Positions 1 to 9,426 of a stretch of DNA of 64,000 nt are shown here, piece by piece (position 1 is the stretch's first letter; each line of letters begins with the position of its first letter). The stretch comes from a virus. Both the position numbers and the translations under genes were made by a program. The stretch lies in IMG/VR virus record IMGVR_UViG_3300031758_000006; one strand, 5' to 3'. The notes below the pieces were generated by a model. That model searched no databases. It was not told the DNA's origin and saw only the letters and a program-made list of their open reading frames with translations.

Positions 1-532
1 TGTCCTCAAAAGCATAAATTTTTGATAAATCTTTTATTAAATTAAGACTCTTAAGGTTAAAAGCGAATGTCGCTGGGATTTTAAAATCACAATTTTCAGG
101 GTTGGCTCCTAAATTATGAGCGTTTACTAATCTCATAACATTACCATTTAACTGATACCTTATTGTTGATGATAAAACATCCACATCATTTTCTTTAAAG
201 AAATTAACTATATTCATTATGTAGTCTTTTTTATATATGTCATCATCATCTATTTTCACAAAAATGTCATATTCTTCATAATTTTCTACAGCTAAGATTG
301 TATTGATATGGTTTGTATGTTGGTGTTGGTTTAGAGTATATGTGAAACTATTTTTATCGGTCTTAACGTCGTCAAATATTTTTTGGATGTAGTTTTTTTG
401 ATGTGTTGATCTTTCCATCGTAATATTCACCGAGTGAAATATATCCTGGTACGTTTGACTATTTATGTCTTGTACACATCCTCTTAACATTTTATACCTA
501 TTTAAACTTGGGGTAAAACACAATACTCTCAT
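1..532 (-). CDS. GT-A/GT2-like glycosyltransferase, 3' end runs off the window
   Basis: Not in the ORF track. My translation from ATG at 532 reads MRVLCFTPSLNRYKMLRGCVQDINSQTY...YDIFVKIDDDDIYKKDY, open to position 1. GT2-like N-terminus and DxD-type motif. Confidence 0.75.
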   Translation of the reverse strand, partial: MRVLCFTPSLNRYKMLRGCVQDINSQTYQDIFHSVNITMERSTHQKNYIQKIFDDVKTDKNSFTYTLNQHQHTNHINTILAVENYEEYDIFVKIDDDDIYKKDYIMNIVNFFKENDVDVLSSTIRYQLNGNVMRLVNAHNLGANPENCDFKIPATFAFNLKSLNLIKDLSKIYAFED

Positions 533-591
533 TTTTTTCCATTATAAAACTTGGACACCCATTTTAATCGAATGTCCAAGTTTGTTAAAAA

Positions 592-1452
592 TTAAAACGG
601 TAACTCCTCGTCAGTGTCGTCATTCGTTTGTGGATCCTCAACTTCATTAATCGATTTTGATCCACCACCAATTGTTGTAGTTTCCTCAATGTCGTTGGAA
701 TATACATATTTACCAGCGTCGGAATCCCATCTTGGTGTCTCACCTCTTGAGATAGCTTCAAGATACTCAACTGGTTTTTTAGAGTATACGTCCTCCCAAG
801 TTAATTCATTATTAACCCATCCTTCAGTTTCATCAGAATCTGAACTGATAGAACTTGGGTCGTCATACATAATTGTTTGGATTACTGTATAAACCCCTCC
901 CTTTGGAGTTTTAGCTTTGGTCAACTCAAGGATTAAATCTCTACCATTTTCTGGATTTGTGATATCACCCTTAGCTTTCCAAATTGGAATGATTTTATCT
1001 AGGATTCCTTCTTGTTTGTAGTTGTGTTTGAATCTCCAGAATTTAACTCCGTCTTGTTCGTTATCACGGTCGATAACTTTAACAATATAAAACTTACGTG
1101 CTTTATACTGTTTTGCCAATTCTTTATCGGAATCTCTACCGGTTGACATTAAAGTTTCATAAACCTCATTCAAAGGTGAACGTTCGTTGTCATTCTTTCC
1201 TGGATCGTAAAATTTCTGATATTTACCATCCACTTGGATTTCGTGAAACCATACTTCTTTGAAGGGTGAAGATCCGTCACTTGTTGGTAGAATTCTAATT
1301 CTTCTTTGACCTTGTTTTTCGGTATCTTTTAAGATAGCTGCGAAATACTTTTTCATTCTCTCTTCCTGAGACATTTTTGAAGTGGAGGAAGAACCACTTT
1401 GTTTTGATTGTTCGTACTGTGCTAGTACTGCGTCTAAGACATTTGTCGCCAT
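592..1452 (-). CDS. single-stranded DNA-binding protein, T4 gp32-like
   Basis: RIRILP...PFKEVWFH, KFWRF, GRDLILELTK pattern and acidic tail ending DDTDEELPF. Likely start is MATNVL at 1452 rather than the track start at 1548. Confidence 0.8.
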   Translation of the reverse strand: MATNVLDAVLAQYEQSKQSGSSSTSKMSQEERMKKYFAAILKDTEKQGQRRIRILPTSDGSSPFKEVWFHEIQVDGKYQKFYDPGKNDNERSPLNEVYETLMSTGRDSDKELAKQYKARKFYIVKVIDRDNEQDGVKFWRFKHNYKQEGILDKIIPIWKAKGDITNPENGRDLILELTKAKTPKGGVYTVIQTIMYDDPSSISSDSDETEGWVNNELTWEDVYSKKPVEYLEAISRGETPRWDSDAGKYVYSNDIEETTTIGGGSKSINEVEDPQTNDDTDEELPF

Positions 1453-1482
1453 AAAATATATAATTAAAAGTTTACAATAGAA

Positions 1483-1511
1483 AGTATAAGTTAAATAAAT
1501 TGGGTTGTCAA
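1483..1511 (-). promoter_or_regulatory. sigma70-type promoter for ssb
   Basis: Minus strand TTGACA (1511-1506), 17-nt spacer, TATACT (1488-1483), about 30 nt upstream of the ATG. Confidence 0.7.
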
Positions 1512-1520
1512 GTAGCTGAG

Positions 1521-1550
1521 TAAAAAAAAATGGGACTTTTGATCCCATTC
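1521..1550 (-). terminator. rho-independent terminator
   Basis: AATGGGA/TCCCATT hairpin followed by a 9-T run on the minus strand, just after the stop of ORF 1558-2253. Confidence 0.75.
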
Positions 1551-1557
1551 TATTAAA

Positions 1558-2253
1558 TTATTTAAATTTGTTAAATTCATCTTCGGGACTAGGATCAAAA
1601 CTATCCCCAATTTCTTTACTAGAAAAATCCTCAACATCATCAGTTGTTAGTACGTATTCATTTTTACCTGACTTTTCCATTTCGTCTTGTTTGTCAACAA
1701 AGAAATCAGATAGTTTCTGTTGGAATGGTCCGGAATCCAATGACCTTAATTCTAATTTTTCTTGGGGTGTTTTTGGTCTATATTTTTCTAATTTAGTTTC
1801 TAAATCATTTATTTTGTTAACTAAGTTGTCCATCTCACCTAATTTTGACTCTAGGGAACTCAATTGGTTAAATAGGTTATCAAAATATTCTTCTTGTTTG
1901 TCGGACATCGTTTTTTGTGTGTCCACTAAGTCTGTAATATCTAGTTCTTCAGTATCACCCTCCTCACCTTCATCTTCACTTTTACCTAACTCTTCAACAT
2001 CAGGATCTTTTGAGACATCCACAGCTTCTGGTCCAGATGGTGCTGGTGGTGCCGCTGGTGGTGGTACTCCTCCAGGTGTTACTGGGGGTGCTCCAGCTGC
2101 TGGGTCAGCTCCTCCAGGTTCAGCTGGTGGTGGTAAATCAACTGGTTCGTCAACAGGAGCTGCTGCCGAGTCTAATTCAGCTTGTTCGACAATATATTTA
2201 TTAATAGTATTGTACCTTTCGATTTCCTTGATTATTTTTTCGTCTATTCTCAT
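1558..2253 (-). CDS. hypothetical acidic, Pro-rich protein with coiled coil
   Basis: 231-aa ORF with Pro/Ala low-complexity linker and a heptad-like C-terminal half. Confidence 0.6.
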   Translation of the reverse strand: MRIDEKIIKEIERYNTINKYIVEQAELDSAAAPVDEPVDLPPPAEPGGADPAAGAPPVTPGGVPPPAAPPAPSGPEAVDVSKDPDVEELGKSEDEGEEGDTEELDITDLVDTQKTMSDKQEEYFDNLFNQLSSLESKLGEMDNLVNKINDLETKLEKYRPKTPQEKLELRSLDSGPFQQKLSDFFVDKQDEMEKSGKNEYVLTTDDVEDFSSKEIGDSFDPSPEDEFNKFK

Positions 2254-2254
2254 T

Positions 2255-2482
2255 TTATCCGTTTAATAATTGTTTAATTCCTGTAGTAGTCTCAACTTGA
2301 ATTTTTTTAAATTTATTCATAGTATTGTCAACTCTCTCAATTAGTCCGTCTTTCATTCTTAAGGTGTAACAATCACCGGTATCTAAATCACAAACTTCTT
2401 TATACCCATTACCAGAATCCTTTTCACTGATTCTAGTATTTTTTCCAAGGTAGTTATCTAAAATTAATTTTGTATTACTCAT
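2255..2482 (-). CDS. hypothetical protein
   Basis: 75-aa ORF abutting the next gene, with a TATTTAT motif upstream. Confidence 0.6.
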   Translation of the reverse strand: MSNTKLILDNYLGKNTRISEKDSGNGYKEVCDLDTGDCYTLRMKDGLIERVDNTMNKFKKIQVETTTGIKQLLNG

Positions 2483-2526
2483 AATATTGTTTTTTATATA
2501 TATAAATATATCAATTGCTGATAAAA

Positions 2527-5500
2527 TTACTTTTTATATAGTTCTTGGAATTTCAATAATCCTTCTTGGATTCTAGCTTGTATTTTAACCTTATCGTCCT
2601 CAGTTAATAGGGTTAAGACATCGTCATTTTGTTTTATTGGCCATTCTAATACGTAATACTTGAGTAGTGTATCAATAGCTGGTGTTGCTGACGAATTTAT
2701 TTCTTTGGTTAATGAAACTATTTTTCCACTAAATTTAGCCACAAAAAAGTCTAAGAATTTATCCAAGGTTTCAAATTGAGCCACGGGTATGTTTGTTGTT
2801 TGTGAATTACCTCGAGTAACACAAAAATATTTAGTTGTCATGTATGATGTTAAATCACCACCATAAAACTCAGTTAGATTTATTGTTGAAAAATTATTTT
2901 CATAAGCTTCGAAACCGGTAGACACTCCAGTATCAGCGTACATAGCACTGAACATGAAAGAGGCTCCGTTTTCTAGGTAAAATAAATTGTTTGTTGTATC
3001 ATCTTTAAATTTTAAATCTTCCAATTTATTTATAATTTTATCAAACACATCTTTAAACGTTACCTTGGTTAATGTTGGACTTGTTAAATTAACATATAAA
3101 CCGTATTGTGGTAACAACTTATCTGAGCAGTCTTGGTTAGTTGTTAATGTCTCCTTGGTTCCTATATTACCCAATATGGTATCTTTTTGGAATAACACGT
3201 TGTTAGGGTCCAATTTTGATCTATTATAACTTTCTTTAATCTCCTCCCTAATTTTTGATACGATGTTTTTTGTTAATGACTGAATGAAATTGTCTATCTT
3301 TGGTATACTGTAGAAAGGTTGACGTATACCCTCAAACGAAGTGTCAAATCCATTTTCACTAATCCTATGTAAAACTTTTGTTATCATATAAGGACCACTA
3401 AACATTGGTACGTATCTTAAATTAAAATACATCATCGGTTGGATTAGTGCGTTCCCCATCATTTCAACTGAACAACTATAACTTCTGTTTTTGTAAATGT
3501 TATACAATGAATTACTTTGAGTTGTCGATGTTCTGTTTCTATTTTGGTTTGCCATATTATCAATAGCTGCGATTGATTCACTTGTTGGTTTACCTGGATC
3601 CTGTGATACACTAAATTCTTTAAATATTTGTTGGTTTTGTGGACCAACGTCTACGTTAAATCCAACTACTTTATTTGATGTGGCCCAATTAGTTTTATTT
3701 ATTTGGTTTTCAACTAATGGATTATCACTAGCTCTACGTAAATCAAAAGCGTCATTTCTAAACCTGTAATCAATATTCTCTTTCATGTCCAAATGTTCAC
3801 TTGGTTTTGAAGCGTACATACATAAAAACTTTGGTGATGATTTTCTATAATCAACATTTAAGAATGTACCAAATAATGAATTAGCAAATTCCAAACTACC
3901 CTCCGATCTAGGTATTGGGTTTTTAACAACGTCCTGTACATTATAAAAATTAACATAAGCCGGTAACATGAAATGTATAAAATTATTCTCCGTTAGTATG
4001 GTTGTTACCACATCCAATAGATTTATTTTTACATTGTCATTGTCAATTAGTGTTTTAATCTTAAAGATGTCTACGAGTATTTTATCACCAATATCTCTAC
4101 TAGCTCTATCAACCAACATAACATCCTCAAACAAAGTTTTTGTTTTAAAATCACCCCCAGCTATCCAAGTATCATTTAATGTTTTAAATAATTCCCATAA
4201 TTCAAATCTAGTTTGTTCACCTTGATATTCCTTAAATTTACTTTGGTCTTCAATTGATATCGTCACCACACCTGGTAAATCTTTTCTAACTGAGGTCATA
4301 AGTACTTCAAGTGAATCATTTAAATATTTCTCAGATGAATCTAAATATTTATTCATTAAATCATAAAATTTAATATAATCTAATGTCGGGTCTTTTAATT
4401 TTTGTGTTGCGTATATTTTAATAATCGGTGCGAAATCAATAATATTTTTTGAATTAAATTGTACATTTAAATCAACAAAAAAATCTGTGATGTATGATCC
4501 GGAATCTTTATATTGTAATTCAGGTATTTCTGAGAAACCAACATATAATTCCAAATCTTTCCATGTTTCTGGATATATTGATTTGGATTGAGCTAAAGTT
4601 ATTGTTCCACCACTTGTTGGTAAAAATCCAGGTGTTGTTTGGTTGTACCCCAAATAACTAATCGGGTCCACAAAAAACTTATTTGAGAATGTATAGAATA
4701 CCCGTCTATTGAACATTGTTGGGTTTCCGATTTTTAAAACCGTGTCATACTCAATAAATTGTTTAAAGTAGGATTCAAAGGTTAGCTTTTGGTTTGATAC
4801 TGTTTCAGAAATTATTAAATCCCCAGTAGTACCGGTTGGTTTTTTTACCACAAACATTTTTCTCATTAACTGTTGGAAATTTTTATTTGTGATTTCAGTT
4901 TCAGTTTCGGTTGTTTGGGTTGGACTTATTGTTTGTTTATAATCATATACACTTCTACTGAAATTTAAAAATTCTGATTCAAATAAATCTAATATACCTT
5001 TTTCAAAGGTTGTAAAAATTTCACTAATTTTTGTATAGTTGTTAACGTCACCGTCAATTAAAAAATTTTGTTGTATTGACTGACCGGATAATATATGTTT
5101 AAAGTAACTATCTGGTGATGATTTAACAACCCTACTATTATCAAAAAACCCAAAATTAGGTGCTCCCCAGAATAACCTAACCGATCCGTTGTAAAGTGAA
5201 GTATTGTCGACAACCTCAAATTTCATTTTACCAACTTTAAATAGTTCACCTTTAATTTGACTAACAGTAGTTCCAAACGATGGTAACACATAGTATTCTG
5301 TTTCACTTTTTTTAGCTAAAACACTCCAAGGTGTTAATTTTAATGTTCGTAATGGATCATTCGGGTCAAATCCAATTTCCTCTAGAATTTTTGTATCTTG
5401 TGTATTTGTTAATATTATACCACCAGTATCAATTAAACCCTGTAAGTTTGTGTCTTGATATGGGTCAACACTTAAATTTGTAACATAAAAGGATTTTTGT

Positions 5501-8500
5501 TCGATGTCTGGTAAAGTTGTGTTAATTGTATATTCACCAATCCCATTTGCTGGTCCAGAAATTTGATTTACGATTGTAAACCCAGTAGTAACCCCAGAAA
5601 GAACAATTGTTGATCCTGTAAGTAATTCGTTTACATTTATCTCACTAACTGTAAATGTTGTACCACTCACTTTACCCTTACCAATTACTTGGGTTGTTCC
5701 AGAAAATAATCTGGTTCCTTGAAAAAATGTGTTAAAGTCGTCAATTAATTGTGGGTAAAATCCCGTATTTATTATCGTGTTAGTTTTTGTTAAATTCAAT
5801 ATTTCATCTTGTAGAACAATTTTTGTTGGTGTGTTTTCAATATTAACGGTAAAGGTTTTTGATGTAGCTGATGGTGTGTATGGGTTATAACTAAACTTAT
5901 AATCAAAATCTTTCCACACCTCATCTAGTATATCAACCCCAGTTTCATTCCATGTTTTATATCTGTGCCAAATTGATCCGTACTTTAATACCCAAGCGTA
6001 TGGTAATTTATGTACCGCTCCAAACTTTTTAAATGTGGATATTAAATAATCTAAATCAGTTGTACTATTGTTTGTATCATCAAAGTTTTTATATTTCTCC
6101 CTAAGAGTTGATAATGGTAAACTATTTAAAAATAAAAACGCTGCCGATTTAAATGGGTATAAATTAAGTGTTTCATACCTGAAATTGTATACACCTTTCT
6201 GTATAGAGTTTATAAAATATGGGGTGTTAAAAATTGACGTGGTTTGATTACTACTTACAGTACCACTGTAATTGACATAATTTAAATTACCTTCCGTGAT
6301 AAACTGGTTCTCATATTTCCTAGTTTCATAAAATGATTTTAAATTAGATAAATTAATTTCCTGACTAAATACATTATTTTTATAATTAAAATTGGTTATT
6401 GGTCTACAAGTATTAAAATTATAATCATTTAAAAAATTCGTAATAGTTTTTAACGTTGGGTTATATTTTAGAGTATTCTTCGTATTATAAGCGTTTTCAC
6501 TTAATAGTACTGTCTTGCCATTAGCGAGATAGTTGTTGTCCCAAAATAAATTTGTTATTGGGTACATATCCGAAAAATCAAAACTGTTTGATGTGGTTTG
6601 ATTTTGTACATACTCAGTAATATTAGTTTCCGTTTTATCGATTAGACTGACATCCGGTTGTGATTTTTGATTCCCAATTATATCTGAATTAAACAACCCG
6701 TAAGGTGAGTCCACAAAATTTTGAATGTATGGTGTGACAAATTCACCTCTGATATATTTTTGCCAACTCTCACCTTCCCCACTATTTGATATGTGTCTTA
6801 AAAATGGTAAAAAATTTGTTTGGTTTAATTGGTATTCTCTTAATGTTTTTATTAGGAATGGATTATCATCACCCAAACTATTAACAATATTAACTTTCTC
6901 ACATTCAGATTCAACAGTGTAAACACCAGAGTCATATCCAGAAATTCTACTTAGTTTACTGTAAAAACTATTTAGAAATATTCTTTCATATATTTCAAAG
7001 AAAAATTTAACTTCTTCTTTATTCTGGAAAACTTGGTTTGACACCGGAAATTCAATACCATTTAAACTAGATCTATTTGGTCTACCATCTGAGTTAGATA
7101 GTGGACCTGGATCCGGAATTTCTTCCTCCCTAGTTGTAAATCCTTTAATCCATTCTTCAACAAACTCAACCTCCGGCCAAATTTCAGGTGAGAAAGCTCT
7201 AGCTGTTGTTGACACTGATGGGTCACCTGGATATATTAGTTCAAATTTTTCTTCTCTGTCTTCACCGATGGTTTCTTTAATTACTTGTGGCCAAGGGTAT
7301 ATTGGTGTATCGTTTTGGGATGTATCTTTAAAGTCAACACTTTTAACAGTTGTGTTACTAAATATTAATTCTTTTCTATACTTGTTATTGTTTAACCCCC
7401 AAGCTTTTATATGTACATCGTCAAGTAATCTAATGAAAGCTTCACCCTGAGCGTAGAACACAGCTAAAATATTTCTAATGGATGGTTTAAATCCTAGTTT
7501 GTTATTTTTATCATTTAATTTACTGGTAATAGCTTTGGTCATATCCTCCTCAATTAGATTCCTAATTTCCAAAACTGTTTTTTCTATGGTTATTATTTTA
7601 TCCCTAAACGAATTTTTACCTTCAAAATAATAAAACGTTGATTGTGTTGTCCCAGCTGAAAAAAATTCATTCTTACTATCTGTAACAAATTTATCATAAA
7701 CGGGACCTGAAGAATTTTTTACTGTTGGGTTTCTTTGTAGGTAACTCTGTTCAAAATTAATATCATCAACAGTTATTGGGTACTTAAATGTTTGTAGTGA
7801 TATGTCAACGGGAACTGTTTTTTGTACTTCATTGACATTTATTGTTACCCTACCGTTTTTACCAAGTACCGGATTGTCGGACAATTTTTTATTATACTCA
7901 GTTATGTATCCTTCTAATATGGTTATAGCTTCAGTTCTTAATGTTTCAGTGTTTAATTCTTTTTTAAATTGATATACCTTAACATCTGTGTTTTTAATAA
8001 CTAGATAATTTGTGGTATCCATAAATTTATTAAACCACGATTCTGTTTGTGACTGAAACACTTTTTGATTGTACTCGTAGATAATTCTTGAATAGTTATC
8101 TATTTCGGTTAGTACAGCGAAATTTTGTTTTGAGAAACTGTTTAAAACATCGGTTATGAATAAATCTAATCTGGATTTTAATTGTTTTAGTGTTATCTCT
8201 GGGAAATCGTCACCAATTAAACCTTTTGATTTATATTCCGAATAAACTTCTTTTATTTTTTGGTACCCACGACTAACCGTTTTTTTACTGATACTTGATA
8301 CGTTTGTTTGATTATCTGTCGTTGTGAATTTAACTGTACTAACATTACTGTTGTACATATGTGGTACCGACATTAATGAAGCCCAATTTATATACGAAAG
8401 TAATGTGTATTTATAACCATAAAATTTTAATTTAATTACAAAGTTTCCACTGGACGGTTGGAATGTCGATGTGAAGGACTGTAACATTATAGGGTACTTA

Positions 8501-9111
8501 ACCGCTTTACCATAATACCCTTTAAGTGTTAGTGTAAATTGGGGGTATGGTAATTGAAAGAAAGCGGCGTATGGTGAGTTGTCCCCCCCTTCAAATAAAG
8601 CTCTACCCTTAACGTCCTCTAATGTAATATCAATAACCGGTAAATAGTCTAGTCCAACTGAAACATTTATGTCAACAATACCAAGTAATCCATTATCAAT
8701 TGATCCTGGTTTACCGTTACTATACGTTTCTTGTGTAATATAATAATCACCCTCTTTATTTGGGTTTTGTATTGAATTTAATTTAGGTTGGTTCACTCCT
8801 TGTCCGGTTAAGGATCCCTTACCTGTTACCTCATCGGTGTATGAATTATCTAAAAATGTTTTAAATCCTGGGTTTAGAAAATTAATTTTACCAACTGAAA
8901 TTGTCCTAACTTGATCATTAACCGCGGTACCTAACGCTAGTTTAGTTCTTGGTAATACATTACACTCTAGGTTAGCGTAAAAAACTAAATCTTCTTGTTT
9001 AACAAATCTTTCCGAAACATTCCCTAAATCATCAATTACTTTATTTGGGTCTATTACGGTTATGTTGTCGTAGTCGTATTCTACTAATATATTTTCACCG
9101 TTACCTACCAT
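2527..9111 (-). CDS. giant baseplate hub-like protein (gp27/P2 gpD-like halves) with large insertion
   Basis: 2194 aa. The segment YSCSVEMMGNALIQPMMYFNLRYVPMFSGPYMITKVLHRISENGFDTSFEGIR matches late-control D/hub C-terminal pattern. Located in the baseplate cluster. Confidence 0.6.
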   Translation of the reverse strand: MVGNGENILVEYDYDNITVIDPNKVIDDLGNVSERFVKQEDLVFYANLECNVLPRTKLALGTAVNDQVRTISVGKINFLNPGFKTFLDNSYTDEVTGKGSLTGQGVNQPKLNSIQNPNKEGDYYITQETYSNGKPGSIDNGLLGIVDINVSVGLDYLPVIDITLEDVKGRALFEGGDNSPYAAFFQLPYPQFTLTLKGYYGKAVKYPIMLQSFTSTFQPSSGNFVIKLKFYGYKYTLLSYINWASLMSVPHMYNSNVSTVKFTTTDNQTNVSSISKKTVSRGYQKIKEVYSEYKSKGLIGDDFPEITLKQLKSRLDLFITDVLNSFSKQNFAVLTEIDNYSRIIYEYNQKVFQSQTESWFNKFMDTTNYLVIKNTDVKVYQFKKELNTETLRTEAITILEGYITEYNKKLSDNPVLGKNGRVTINVNEVQKTVPVDISLQTFKYPITVDDINFEQSYLQRNPTVKNSSGPVYDKFVTDSKNEFFSAGTTQSTFYYFEGKNSFRDKIITIEKTVLEIRNLIEEDMTKAITSKLNDKNNKLGFKPSIRNILAVFYAQGEAFIRLLDDVHIKAWGLNNNKYRKELIFSNTTVKSVDFKDTSQNDTPIYPWPQVIKETIGEDREEKFELIYPGDPSVSTTARAFSPEIWPEVEFVEEWIKGFTTREEEIPDPGPLSNSDGRPNRSSLNGIEFPVSNQVFQNKEEVKFFFEIYERIFLNSFYSKLSRISGYDSGVYTVESECEKVNIVNSLGDDNPFLIKTLREYQLNQTNFLPFLRHISNSGEGESWQKYIRGEFVTPYIQNFVDSPYGLFNSDIIGNQKSQPDVSLIDKTETNITEYVQNQTTSNSFDFSDMYPITNLFWDNNYLANGKTVLLSENAYNTKNTLKYNPTLKTITNFLNDYNFNTCRPITNFNYKNNVFSQEINLSNLKSFYETRKYENQFITEGNLNYVNYSGTVSSNQTTSIFNTPYFINSIQKGVYNFRYETLNLYPFKSAAFLFLNSLPLSTLREKYKNFDDTNNSTTDLDYLISTFKKFGAVHKLPYAWVLKYGSIWHRYKTWNETGVDILDEVWKDFDYKFSYNPYTPSATSKTFTVNIENTPTKIVLQDEILNLTKTNTIINTGFYPQLIDDFNTFFQGTRLFSGTTQVIGKGKVSGTTFTVSEINVNELLTGSTIVLSGVTTGFTIVNQISGPANGIGEYTINTTLPDIEQKSFYVTNLSVDPYQDTNLQGLIDTGGIILTNTQDTKILEEIGFDPNDPLRTLKLTPWSVLAKKSETEYYVLPSFGTTVSQIKGELFKVGKMKFEVVDNTSLYNGSVRLFWGAPNFGFFDNSRVVKSSPDSYFKHILSGQSIQQNFLIDGDVNNYTKISEIFTTFEKGILDLFESEFLNFSRSVYDYKQTISPTQTTETETEITNKNFQQLMRKMFVVKKPTGTTGDLIISETVSNQKLTFESYFKQFIEYDTVLKIGNPTMFNRRVFYTFSNKFFVDPISYLGYNQTTPGFLPTSGGTITLAQSKSIYPETWKDLELYVGFSEIPELQYKDSGSYITDFFVDLNVQFNSKNIIDFAPIIKIYATQKLKDPTLDYIKFYDLMNKYLDSSEKYLNDSLEVLMTSVRKDLPGVVTISIEDQSKFKEYQGEQTRFELWELFKTLNDTWIAGGDFKTKTLFEDVMLVDRASRDIGDKILVDIFKIKTLIDNDNVKINLLDVVTTILTENNFIHFMLPAYVNFYNVQDVVKNPIPRSEGSLEFANSLFGTFLNVDYRKSSPKFLCMYASKPSEHLDMKENIDYRFRNDAFDLRRASDNPLVENQINKTNWATSNKVVGFNVDVGPQNQQIFKEFSVSQDPGKPTSESIAAIDNMANQNRNRTSTTQSNSLYNIYKNRSYSCSVEMMGNALIQPMMYFNLRYVPMFSGPYMITKVLHRISENGFDTSFEGIRQPFYSIPKIDNFIQSLTKNIVSKIREEIKESYNRSKLDPNNVLFQKDTILGNIGTKETLTTNQDCSDKLLPQYGLYVNLTSPTLTKVTFKDVFDKIINKLEDLKFKDDTTNNLFYLENGASFMFSAMYADTGVSTGFEAYENNFSTINLTEFYGGDLTSYMTTKYFCVTRGNSQTTNIPVAQFETLDKFLDFFVAKFSGKIVSLTKEINSSATPAIDTLLKYYVLEWPIKQNDDVLTLLTEDDKVKIQARIQEGLLKFQELYKK

Positions 9112-9424
9112 AATAGAAGAAATGATTGTCTAATTGAGTTTTATAGTCTTGTAAAGAACTTACTAATGGAAATGGAATTGTCAATACTGTACCGTCAGGA
9201 ATATTACTTTCTAGTCCTCCAAGTTGGGGGTTAGCTGTTTGAATTAGCCATCCAAAGAATGGTGTTCCATAGTATTGTTGGGATATTTTATCTAACCTAG
9301 ATTGATTAGCTACGTAAATATGTTTTTTATCGGATGACTTTGATGGTAAAGTAATATACGGAACCACGGTTTGTTCACCGTTAATTAAAAATTCATTATA
9401 TCTGTTATAATATTGTGATCCCAT
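9101..9424 (-). CDS. LysM-like/tail-X (gp53-type) baseplate protein
   Basis: RLDKISQQYYG...GWLIQTANP...IPDGTVLTIP is the typical LysM-fold baseplate signature. Confidence 0.75.
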   Translation of the reverse strand: MGSQYYNRYNEFLINGEQTVVPYITLPSKSSDKKHIYVANQSRLDKISQQYYGTPFFGWLIQTANPQLGGLESNIPDGTVLTIPFPLVSSLQDYKTQLDNHFFYYGR

Positions 9425-9426
9425 AA

